Source: Nageia nagi
Taxonomy: Eukaryota > Plantae > Pinophyta
Assembly (NCBI GenBank): GCA_050084985.1
Contig: JBITNC010000001.1
Location: 172,918,001 to 172,982,000, forward strand
Length of the DNA: 64,000 nucleotides
Direction of reading: 5' to 3'
Made by a program: the position numbers and the translations under genes. The notes under the pieces were generated by a model. It saw nothing but the letters and a program-made list of their open reading frames with translations, did no database searches and had not been told where the DNA came from. Every line of letters begins with the position of its first letter. The stretch's first letter is position 1. Positions 1 through 11,944 of this stretch are shown piece after piece.

Positions 1-1120
1 AGCATCGTAAAATCTTCATAGTTTTTATTGCAAAATCTATATTATTTCATTAAATAAGGCCATTGTAATTATGAAAATTTGGTATATTATGACAACATTA
101 CTTATATTTATCTCATGATTACTTTTCATAAGAATGCATGTTGTACTAATGAAAATTCAAAGATTTTAAGCCACGGTAACTCCATGAGCACAATTCTCAA
201 AATTGCAGATCAACATAATCATAGTTTTCCTCTTACAAGCTTGGGGTATATCATTACCTCATCAACTTAATGATCATAGACTATGAGTTGCACCAACAAT
301 AGTCTACCAAATAATGCTATATTAATTTCATCCTTGCTCTTTATTTTGAATATCATTATCATGAATATTATCTATATGGGTATTATCTCTTTTGTTTCCA
401 TATATCATCTCAAAGATTAGGACCTCCATGGTACCTAAAATATACCTCTAGATAGAAGATTTCATTTTGGATTTATTACCTTATAGAAGAAAATGTGAAG
501 GGAAATTCAAATCCAAAAGGGGGAAATGAGATATCATACTCAACACACAAATTATGAAAGGGAAGTTTACTTTGACTCTAAAACTTTTTCACTTCTCTAA
601 ACATTTTTGGATTATGCAATTTTAATGCATTTCATTTCATATACAAAGAGGAAAAAATGTAGATAACTAAAATTAATTTATTATTTATTTAATAAATCAT
701 ATTTTATATTTCTCTAAAATCTTAAAAAAAAAATTACATATGTCAAGATAAAGTTGATATTACAATGCAATGCCATGTGTTATATCAAATGCAATATTAT
801 TTATCATCGTTCATGATCTAAAGTATATTGAAAATAATAAAGATTATAATATTTCTATGAGTTAATTTTCACTCCTTTATATTTCTTTGCAAGTTATAAA
901 TACAAGAGTTGGAGGTTGACATCTCTATCAGATTTCGTTGATAGGTGGTTGTCCCATACATCATACTTATGGTATATCTTGACACCACCTATTGAGGACC
1001 TATTATGTTATGCATTTTTATTACTTGTTATATTTTGCATGTAATCTAATTCTATAGGTCTCACGATGTCAACACCATAAAACTCACACACCATTAATGA
1101 TGTGCACACTTACGATCTAG
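1..1120 (+). mobile_element. 3' internal region, PPT and truncated 3' LTR of a Tat-like Ty3/gypsy element (relative of 9088-17604, opposite orientation)
   Basis: The reverse complement aligns by eye with ~9380-10500; e.g. 640-700 matches ATGATTTATTAAATAAATAATAAA..TCTACATTTTTCCCCTCTTTG at ~9775-9835. PPT AAAGAGGAAAAAA at 645-657 is followed by LTR start TGTAGA at 658. LTR similarity stops at ~1120. Confidence 0.8.
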
Positions 1121-1129
1121 AGCTAGAAA

Positions 1130-4100
1130 TAAAAGAGGTGATAATATTCAATCTGCATGATCCATCATCTTCATTAAAGTACATCTCTAATTTGATCCAG
1201 TACTCCATATTACCTTGCCATAATTTGAGGATTACTATACCATAGTCAAGATCGCTATATTGGAATTTTTGCTATTGCTTGCACCTTTTATGAAGTCATC
1301 CAACTAGTGAACCCCTAACCCCACCATGTTACTCCTACACATAGCCCCACCCAAAAAGTGTAGGAAATGGAAAATGCAATTGATATCTCATATGAAAAAA
1401 TGCCTCATTCTCCTAGGTAAGAACTTGTCTATCCAAACAACATCCCGCTCAATAAAACCAATTCCCAATCCTTAAGCTTAAAACTAAAATTGACCCCAAG
1501 TAACTTGAAGGTTTCTAATGTAGGTGGTCCTAAAAAGAGATGCTATCACTCAAATAAGTAAAAAATATTATAGGCAACTTTGCTAAGCATCAATGATGGA
1601 TCTCAATCCCAACTTAAGAGACTCCTAGGCTCTAATAAAATGTTCAAGTCTTAATGTATATGATATCCTAGAATATAAGAGGGATTAATTTTTCCCTTAA
1701 GATAAGAAGAATCAAATCCCTTGTTATCTTAAAAAAACCATCCATTTTACTTCTTAAATAATAAAAAATCACTATAAATGAATTTGATGCTCTAAAAGCA
1801 TAATTTTGGTGAAGAAGCTTTGTAATTCTTAGTGATGGCCTATGATAGTCTAGTGATCTCATCACTTTATGGGACTCTTTGAAATTCCATTGGTCTATAG
1901 ATGTTGTCTCCTTACAAGTAAATCATTTGAATTAATCAATATTGATAGCCCACAACTTCTTGAGAAACAAAAGGAATGTTGGTAACAATTAGTAATTTGG
2001 CTATATGCTTACTCTAATCTCTCTTGCATTTTGGGGGGAGACTTTAATACCATCCAACATTTAGGTGAAAAATAATGTGACCTATATCAACTCAAACCAA
2101 ATGTAGATGATCTTAATGATTTTATTAACCAAATAGCCCTTATAAAACCATTTTATTCCCAAGGCTCATTCACATGGTCCAATAAAAGAGTAGACAAGGG
2201 AAAAGTCCTATAGAAACTAGACAGATTCCTCCTCTCAAGAGTTTGGCTAGAGAATGAAATTCTGTATCAATCATTAGTTTTGGCATATGGGGTATGTGAC
2301 CATTGGTCAATATATATTATCTTACACAAACCTAACCAACACATAGGACCTACCTTTTGTTTTCAAAAAATGTGGTTGCAACATCCTAACTTTGATAACT
2401 TGATTAAAGACTGGTGGGGGGAGGACTATGTACATTATGGGATAGAGATGTACAAATTCATGACTAAATTAACAAATCTAAAAAAGATAATCTAGATTTG
2501 GAATAAAAATATTTTTGGTACATCTTCTCCAATAGGGCCTCTCTTAAAGAAAGCCTTTTTAATATAGAAATCCAACTACAAGCAAACCAAAATGCTTCTC
2601 TCTTAGAGCAAGAACATCATCTACTATAGGAACTTGATAAGGTTTATTTGAAGGAGGAGATATTTTGGAAGCAAAAATCATGTATTCAATGGTTACATAA
2701 AGGGGATCATAATACAAAGTTCTTCCACATGTCCATAATTTCCCATAGAGCTTGTAATTGTATCCCCTCTCTAGACATCCCTTCAAGAGAATCTCTAACA
2801 AAAAGGATGAGATTAACCATCGTATTGTCTCTTTCTTTGAAAATCAACTAAATGAAGAACCAATATACCAATCTCCAGCCTAAGAATCTCTTTTGCAATC
2901 CATTACCAAGTTGGTTATAGAAACACATAATCAAAATTTGTGGTCCCCATTTTTGATGAGGAAATAGAAAAAGCACTATGTCAAATGAAAAGCTTTGGTT
3001 CTCTAGGACTCGATGGTTTTCCACCTAGATTTTTCCAACATTTTTAGCATTTGTTCAAAACTAATATTATCAATGTGATTTGGTAATCCTTCTCTTCACA
3101 TTGGATGTTAGGCAAGATGAACCATACCTTCCTTATGCTAATTCCATAGTTTGAAGGTGCTCAAAGGATTGAAGATTTCAAGCTTATCTCCCTATGTAAT
3201 GCTATATAAAAAGTTATCTCAAAAGTGGCTGCAAATAGATTGAAATTGATCATTCCCATGGTGATCTCTAAAGAGAAAAAGGTATTTATGAAGAGTAGAT
3301 AACTATTGGATGGAGTTTCCCTAGTTCATGAATTTATCCACTCTCTCCACACACACAAAAGGAAAGGTATCCTACAAAAGTTGGATATGCCAAAAGCCTT
3401 AGATAGGGTGAATTGGGACTTTCTTTTTAGGATCCTTCATAATTTTAGCTTTACTGATTGTTGGGTTTAATGGATATCATCTCTCTTTTCTACCCCCTCA
3501 TTTTTTGTTCTTGTGAATGGCTCCTCAACATGATTATTCAAAAGCTCAAGGGGTTTATGGTAGGGTGATCCTCTCTCTTTATACCTATTCATTATTCTTG
3601 ATAAGGCCCTTGGTCATGGTATTCACCATTTTTATTCTAAAGGAAATCTATTTGGCCTTCAAATTTGTAGTGATTGTCAATCTCTCTCACATTCGCATTT
3701 TGTAGATGACAACTTTCTGGCACTTCACCCCTCCATTCTAGAAATCCTTTGCATTCAAAGCTTACTCCATACATTTGAGCTTGCCTTTGGTTAGGTCATA
3801 AACAAAGAGAAATCCAAAATCTATAATGTTAACCTAACACAAGCATATATAGGGCTTTCCTCCTAGTTGATATAGATGATGATTGATAGTCTTCCCAATT
3901 CCTACCTTAGGATTCCCTTCTTCCAAAATTTAAGGGACATGAACATTACAATGTTGGGTAAGTTGCTACGATGGATCTTCTCTAATCCAACATCTCTCTA
4001 GAGTAGATTGTTTTGTTCATAATATCTAGACAATCCCTACCCAAAGCATATCTTTACAACTTCTGATCCACCCATTAGATCAATGATATGGAAGGAGATT

Positions 4101-5050
4101 AGGAAAGATAAACATTTTATCATACCATTTTTTAAATGGACTATTGGGGATGGTTGCAACATAGACTTTTGGCATGATACTTGGTTGGATTCCCTCCCCC
4201 TATCCTCTTTAAACACTTGTAATATCAAACAACTCCTCTGTAATCTATGGGGAGATAAAGTGCATAATTATTATCATTGGAAAAAAAAACAAGGATGACA
4301 ATGTAGAGAATAACATAATCCAGGCTACCTACACCCCCCTTAGATCAAGAATTTTGCTCCCTAATTAGCCTCCTCTAGTATTACCCCCTTAAGGATGAGC
4401 CATCTCCTGAAAAACTTATTTGATCACTCTTTCCCTTAGGCGAGTATACTATTACTTCCTCTTTCAAATCCATTTCAAGATGGGAAGTAAGTAAGCTCCC
4501 CTTCTTCTGGTAGCATATCTAGCATACCAAGGCTTGGAATAAGCCATCTTTTTTCCTCTAGACAATGACTCATAAAAATTATTACATGGTGAACAACTCC
4601 AAGAAGGGGATGGTCTAGCCTATTCCAATGTGTTATGTAACACAAATCTTCAGAATATGGTAACCACTTGGTAATACATTTCCCCTTTGATTTTATTTAT
4701 GGGGATGGATCCTATCTTGCTTCAATGCATCCTAGCTCATACCCCCATCAATGACCTTATTATTCTTTGGAACAATCCAAGCTTTGTAATAATTCCTAAA
4801 CTACTCTAGTTAGCATCCCTTGTAATGCTTATATAGAACATCTAGCTTGAGCATAATCATCGCATCTTCAACGAAGTAGTTTCCAACTCTTACCAGATAT
4901 GGCTACGATTTTAAAAATAAATCATTCATATATGTGATACTTATACCACTATTATGTTTATTTCTATGGATGAAATAATCCCCCTACAGAGATGGAAGTT
5001 GATCATGAATATTTGGAGATGATTCCATCCAACCCCATATTTGAATGTTG
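1130..5050 (+). mobile_element. Degenerate, 5'-truncated L1-clade LINE (ORF1 tail plus ORF2)
   Basis: ORF1-like tail (..INDGSQSQL at ~1590) followed by ORF2 motifs. No poly(A) tail or TSD found; boundaries approximate. Confidence 0.85.
1654..5000 (+). pseudogene. LINE ORF2 relic: APE endonuclease, reverse transcriptase, zf-RVT region
   Basis: Motifs: MIS*NIRGIN (1654), GGDFN (~2035), FTWSNKR..KLDRFL (~2170-2230), FWKQKSCIQWLHKGDHNTKFFH (2660-2730), GLDGFP (~3005), ISLCNAI*KVISKVAANRLK (~3185), KLDMPKALDRVNWDFL (~3378), GDPLSLYLF (~3564), FVDD (~3700), IGDGCNIDFWHDTW (~4143). Many stops and frameshifts; internal deletion near 3930. Confidence 0.9.
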
Positions 5051-5799
5051 AGCAATCTATTATGCCTCCTACAATAATTACCTCTCCATGCTCTAAATGC
5101 AAGAGGTGAGAGGAGAAATCTTATTCCCCTTCAAAATGACACACTTAGTTTATTCATAGTTTGGACAAATTAATCTTGTGGAACTTCTCTACTCAACAAC
5201 AATACTCCTCAAGGCAAGGCACCAACATAATATCTAATCTACAAAAGCTACAAGTTTGGCACTGTGATAGACATTGACTTAAGTTGCTTCTATTATTCTG
5301 ATGCATAGATACAAAGATAATTTGGTGCTCATTGTATTTTTAAAAATTATATGATTGTAGAAAAAGGAACCTAAGAGCTTATGACTATTGTAAACAACTT
5401 GTCAAAAAGTCCCAAACTACCTTTTTCATATAATCATACTATCGTTGAACCAAATGAGGTGTTTGATATCATAATTTGGATTTTAGTATACCAACTTTCT
5501 AAAAATTATATGCTTGTAGAAAAAGGAACCCAAAAGATGTCTCAAAATAGGGGATAAAAACTAGCTTGGGGAAGGAAAGTAATTGTCCAATCTAAAAATT
5601 TTTCAAGTGTTAAAAACTAGTCCAAAAGTGATAAGTTGGCCTCATCCACCATATGTTCTAAAATTATGCAACTATGCCATATGATATTAAATGATCTAAA
5701 TATACTATATGATCCAAAAATTGGCTTTGAGAAGGAAAGCAATTGTTCAACCTAAAAATTTTCCAAGTGTTAAAAACCAATTCAAAAGTGATTTGAAAT

Positions 5800-6200
5800 A
5801 TACAATGTTGTTGATGGCTACAACAAGGATACCCTTAAAATTTTTGATCTGATGAATCTCTTGGGAACCAACCATAATAAAAAAAACCTTTATATATATT
5901 CTACTTACAAGCAACCATGGAAGTCTAGTGGATGAAGGCTATAAATAATTTAATAGCATGGTTGACTCTTAGTGCATTATTCCTAGGATGAATCATTATA
6001 CATACATTGTGTGGGGATACTCAATGAATAAAATACATGAACCATTATACATTAACCAAATATAAAAAATACAACATGAGTGAATCTTATTACATTATTC
6101 CTGGGATGAATCATTATACATGCATTATTTGATAAGATGCATGATGCAAGTATAGTTTCATGTTCTGCAATGATTGTAAGATACACAAAAAATGGGTACA
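5800..6200 (+). pseudogene. PLS-class PPR gene fragments (P2-L2-S2 region and an S/P junction)
   Basis: DGYNKDTLKIFDLMNLLGTNHN..TFIYILLTSNHGSLVDEGYK*FNSMVDS*CIIPRMNHYTYIV (~5813-6012) and LFDKMHDASIVSCSAMIVRYTKNG (~6125-6196) match PLS consensus motifs (ACSHAGLVDEG; LFDKM...VSW.AMI.GY.QNG). Confidence 0.85.
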
Positions 6201-6224
6201 AGATAAGTGCTCTACTCCCTCATT

Positions 6225-6851
6225 TGAAGGAGATGAACTATACCTTTATTGCCACCCAAGATCACCTTGGATGTAATACTCCTAATCTTTAACTCAAGTG
6301 AATACAATCACGCACACAAAGAGAGAGACAAGGATGTATAATGATTCCTTTTAACAAGAGAGTACGCCATTCTAATCTAGATCTTATTATTTCTCAAGAG
6401 CACACTCTTACAATGCAACACTAGCACTCTCTCTCCTCCTATTCTTCTACTCTCATTCCACTTTTAGGATATATTTATCCTTTGGTTCAAGGATATGCTT
6501 ATCCTTTGGTTTATGGCATTCCCCTTGGGTAAAAGGGTGAGCCAAAGTGAAATTTTTGCCTATAAATTAGGGGCATTCCTCAACCAGTCTTCACTAATTG
6601 AAAGCATTGTAATGATCTTAGTATGTAGAAGAATAAGAGGAGAGAGAGTGCTAGTGTTGCATTGTAAGAATGTGCTCTCGAGAAGTAATAAGATATAGAT
6701 TAGAGTGGAGTACTCTCTAGTTGAGATGAACCACTATATATCCTTGTCTCTCTCTTTGTATGTGTGATTGTATTCTCTTGAGTTGGAAGATCAGGAGGAT
6801 TACATAGAAGATGATCTTGGGTGGATATAAAGGTATACTTCATCTCCTTCA
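6225..6851 (+). repeat. 5' LTR of the copia element: inverted copy of the LTR 3' end (6225-~6450) fused to the distal ~400 bp of a normal LTR
   Basis: 6225-6450 is the reverse complement of 6625-6851 (about 27 differences in ~226 nt by eye). 6450-6851 aligns with ~21730-22134. Confidence 0.9.
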
Positions 6852-6853
6852 TT

Positions 6854-6866
6854 TGGTATCAGAGCC
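6854..6866 (+). other. Primer-binding site, tRNA-iMet
   Basis: TGGTATCAGAGCC two nt after the LTR end ...CTCCTTCA. Confidence 0.95.
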
Positions 6867-9087
6867 TTCATTGGAGGATTTTCCTACTCCTTCAACTTGC
6901 AAGGTAAAACTATCCAAAGCTATATCCTCATCTCTTTTTTTTGAGTAATTTCAAGGTTTAGTCTATTTCAATCTTTTATTTAAAGCTAAAATTTAAGTCC
7001 TATACTAACATGTTTTATGTTTGAATAATTTTTCTAACATTTTTTGTGAAGTTGCAATTTTTATTTTTTTTTAAAATTTGCTTAATATGTAACAATATGT
7101 TGTTGTTAAGCAATTTTTTGTTTATACTAACATTTTTTGTTACATGTTAGTTGCAAATCTTTTTGTAATTTTTTTAAAATATTTGCAATCATTTTTTAGT
7201 AAAAATTGCTTAATAAATAACAATATTTTATTTTATAAAAAAATTATGCAAATTTTTTCTTTAATATGAATTTTTTTTTACAAAAAATATTAAAATAATT
7301 ATTAATTTTTTTTTAAAACATATATAAAAAGGAGAATGGTATTTATATAAAAAATAAAAATATTTTTTATATTTAATGTAATTATGCTAAATACTCTAAT
7401 AGACATGGATGTTAAGTTTGGAAACATAAAAAATAATATTATATTTGAAAGGACAATTGTGTGGCTTGCAAAGGCACATGATCCACCTTGGTGACCTCTC
7501 CCCTTATGGGTGCATGGCCCTTGCCCCACTTATTATGTGTAGGTTTTTTCCTCATTACCACCACTTGTAGAAGGCTCTGTACTAGTTAAGCATGACAACC
7601 CACTTCTCTTTTGTAGCAATTGAGGAGTAAGTAAGGGAGCTTGCTATTGATTGAGTATGGGGTGTGACCCTTTCTATTCTCTTCTTCTCCTTATACTCAT
7701 GGTAGTTACTCCTATCTCTACCACAATCGATGCCCATACACAACAATTTTTATTTCCTCTCATGGGATTAAGTTTGTCTTGTAGATTCTAATGCGTAGAC
7801 TAGTCAAACTTAAATTATGATACATTTGGTGAGTGAATGAGGTTGCTTTCCCATTGTAAGAGATTAATGGTAATGCAAACCTAACAATAAAGCGTATGCA
7901 TACAAAGGTCAAATTTAAATACGATGTGATTGATGAGTGATTTCGTCACTTTCCTTCGAAGGCGATACTCAAAGGCAATGCAAGTATGGTAGTTGAAGGT
8001 TGTAAATACTCTAATAGCAAAATTGACTCTTATTGCTTTATCTGCATGAATGATTTTACATGCATGATTGATCTTTTAGTTACATAGCATGTAATAATAA
8101 TAAAAATAAAATAATATAAAAAAATAGGAGTTATATTTTTTTTAACATTGGAGTTATTTTATTTTATTTTTTAAAATAAAGGGAGTTAATATTTTATTAG
8201 GGAGTTTTTTTTTATTATTAGAGTTATTTTTTAAAAAGAGGAAAAATAAATGAAAGTTTTAAAACCATTTTTTTTAAAGGGAGAGAATTTTTTCAAGAGA
8301 TTTTTTTTTTTTTTAAAAACTTCTAAGTGGTATTTTTTTTTTAAAAAAGGGGGAAAATGAATTTTGTTTGCTCAAATTAATAATGTTTCTTTTTGCCATA
8401 ACAAAATATTACAAGTTCCACTTATTGTGGCCTACTATTCATTGTGGAGTTTTTTTTCTTTTAACTCTTGCTTATCTTAACATTTATCTTTTTGCTTTCT
8501 TTTGCTAACTCTTGGTTTCTTTTTAGATCTAACCTTATCTTCAAAGGCAAATAAGATATGTCTAATGTATTTTTGCAATATTGAAGGTCTTTTGAAAGGA
8601 AAAGAATCAAGATGGAAAACATGCAAAGAAGATGGATAAATGAGCAAAAGTTTAAAAGAAGATTTTTTTTTTGCAAGATAAAAATTTAGTCAATCCATCC
8701 CTTCTTGAGTAAAATAAAAATTCTTGATAATGAAATTGAGCAAGCATTATACAAGTCTTTTTAACTATTTTTTTGAGCTTTTGAACAAGAGCATAATGTA
8801 ATATCTCTTAAAATTAAGCTCTTAAGCATATTTGTAACTAACAACTAACCCTAAGGAAAACTATTGACTTTTTTGCAATTATTTTTCTTAGTATTCAAGT
8901 TGTTAAATCAAGTGACAAAGTGCTCAAATTCACTACAACATTAGATCAATTACAACAAAATTAATAAAAGTGCACTAACCTACAATTTAGTATATAATTA
9001 CTAACCAACAAATATAGTTTAAATTTCTCTAAACTTACAAAATTTGGTTTATAATTACTAATCAATGGAAGAATAAGATGCACTATT

Positions 9088-9819
9088 TGTAGACCCAAAA
9101 ATGTGTAATTAATAAATAAATACAAAAATAGATAAATGATCTATGAGTACAATGATAAGAAGCTCTATATCAGATTATAACAAATATACATGAACATATA
9201 AAACTTGATATAAAGTGAGACAAGTTGCCAGTATGTGTACAATCCTCAAGAGCAGAACAACAATAAATCTTTAGGAGATCATGATCAAAATTTATATGAG
9301 CTTGTAATGGATATTCCCTAGAATGGTACCACGAGTTGTACCCCAAAATTTGGACCTCCTGATCTAAAAGACTCACGTTGCTAGTTGCGTAGATGTGGTA
9401 CATCACTGATGGCATTGGTTTTGTAGTTCCATGTATCATGCAAGAGACAGATAGTAGATCTCAAAGAGTATAACAAATTATCACGATAGGTGGCATCAAG
9501 AGACAACATGGGTACAATGTTTGGGACAACCACCTATCAGAGAGATCTGATAGGGATGTCAACCTTCACCTCCCATATTTATAACTTGCAAGGAAATAGA
9601 AAGAAGTGAAATTTGATACATAACAATAATGATAATCATTTCTATACTTAGGATAATTTAAAATATAGACCATGGTATATGATATAACATTGGTCCTAGA
9701 ACATGGTGTGGCATTGTAATATCACTTTATCTTGATTTATGTATTATTACCTTTTAATCATCAAATGACTGTAAATATGATTTATTAAATAAATAATAAA
9801 TCATTTTTAGACATCTACA
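9088..9819 (-). repeat. 3' LTR of the nested Tat-like element
   Basis: TGTAGA...TCTACA termini; direct repeat of 16881-17604 (22 mismatches in a 159-nt sample). PPT (minus strand AAAGAGGGGAAAAA) at 9820-9833. Confidence 0.92.
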
Positions 9820-11499
9820 TTTTTCCCCTCTTTGGATATGTAATGAAAAACATTGAAATTGCATAGTCCAAAGAAGTTTAGAGAAGAGAAGAAAATTTTC
9901 AATAGTAAAGTGGACTTCCCTGTTTTGATCATTATGTCAAGTATGGTATGTTGTTTACCCCCTTTTGGACTTGGTTACCTCGAGCTCATGCTGCATCAGG
10001 TAAGCATGCCAAAATTAAGGTCCTTATATGAGGTGAGCATTTTATGCCAATTCTACTCACTCGAACAATATCTACAAAACAAAGCAACATATACCCACAT
10101 AGATCACATCTATGAAAGAATAACCAATGTAAATGGCAAGGATGAAATAAATATAATATGTAGTGTGTTACTATGGCCGATGCGACTCATAGTGCTATAA
10201 ACCATGATATATAGACTAGTGTGATAGATAACTCATAGTCTATAAAGACCAAGCTAATGAGAACTTTTAATGAATCAAGCTTAGAACAATGATGATTATC
10301 GAGCTAATGATAACTTTTAATGACTCAAGCTTGAAATAATCCTACAATTAATCATAGATGTTGCTCATAGAGTGACCATGGCTTTGAAAACATTTATTAG
10401 TATAACAACATTAACATTCAATTTCCATAAATGAACCAAATATTCAAAAATTCAATGGCCTTGCCTTACAATATTGCAATTTGCATAATTTTTCAAAGTA
10501 AATCCACACCATTGGTGGTGTGGTATGCCTATAATATTGTGATCATATCTTCAAGAAATTTGATCCTTATTCATACAATAGTATGATTTCATAAGATAAA
10601 TGCATAAATAAGTGGATATTGAACAAATTTTCAATATACCCTAGTTAAAAAGGATTTTTAGTAGTTACACACCATCAGTGGCATGGAAGTATTCAAATTA
10701 GACACAAAATTTGTAGAGATATTCAATTAAGAATCAGTCATATCATTTTTCCTTATTTCATGAATGAAATAACATTGTCATTTACTATAAATGTTTGAAG
10801 ATCCAACATAAAATGACAATTTTTGATATGGTATTCAATTTGCTTTTGCAATGTGTATAAAATCAAAATAGTCATTATTTTGAACCATTAAAAATATATA
10901 ATCATGGAAATTAGTTGAAAGTACATGCAATTGTGTATTTTTCACATCATTAACATCGTAGAAAAGGATATTTTTATTTTGAAGAAAAAGAGTGCATCCA
11001 ATTAACAAAAAAACATGAGTTTTCAACCATATAGCAATCATAAACTAGAAATAATTTCGAAGATGAAACATTGATGTGCAATTTAAATTAAATTGATCTT
11101 TAACAATAGAAATTTGTTGTTTGTAATAATCCAAATGTGGAAAGAATTATTTAATAAAATTTATAACAATGAAAATTGACATGGTAGATTTGAAATTTTT
11201 ACCAAGGTGAGGAATTTCACACCACTAGTGGCATACATTTAATACTAATAAAATGAAATAATGCAAATGAACAATAAATAATTGGACATGCAATGTAAGG
11301 GATGTGAACACGCGATTTAACCATGCATAATTGATAACCACCAATTTGACACCTAATTTGAGGAAAATCATGCCATTGATGGTGTGAAAATAGTGAAATT
11401 ATATTTTGAAAAAGAAGGCAAAGCTGTTTAAAATAATTGAATCCATGATGAAGAGGTAACATAATAATTACATGCAATAGAATACCATTAGGAAGAAGA

Positions 11500-11540
11500 C
11501 CTAGGGTTGCCATAGGGAAAAGGGGGAATATAAAAGAAAT
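11500..11540 (+). promoter_or_regulatory. Putative promoter of the antisense PMD gene (telo-box-like TAGGGTT and TATA box)
   Basis: TAGGGTT at 11502 and TATAAAAG at 11529-11536, followed by a pyrimidine-rich leader and an AT-rich intron-like tract ending CCTTCTAG at 11922. Confidence 0.4.
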
Positions 11541-11944
11541 AGTTGACTTTTTTTAACTTTATTTTAATTTTCCCCTATCACCATATTAGGTCTTGGGCTC
11601 CCAGTCATCAATCCTCCTCCAACTCAATATCTTCCTCCAGCTCATTGTGTGAACTAGCCAACTTGACTCCATTACCCATAGTGCTTCCATGAGGGTGTTT
11701 GCTAATCATGCAATTCAAATTCTTGCCCACACTTCCATGGTGAATGATGCTTGAAGAAATGTTGGTCGAATGCTAATTGGTCAAAAGGGCCATGTAGTCG
11801 AATACCTTCACATTCTCCCTTATGATCATATGACACATTTATTATTTTATGTATTTCACCTCATTAAAATACATATTTAATCATGTGAATTAATTCATAT
11901 TATTTTCAATATTACCTTCTAGGAACGCAAGGTGTTGATACGGG

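Noticed and set aside
6225-6851. MITE, foldback DNA transposon or miRNA hairpin
   Set aside because: The arms are LTR sequence shared with 21905-22134, a tRNA-Met PBS follows, and the TSD pairs with the far LTR rather than with 6852.
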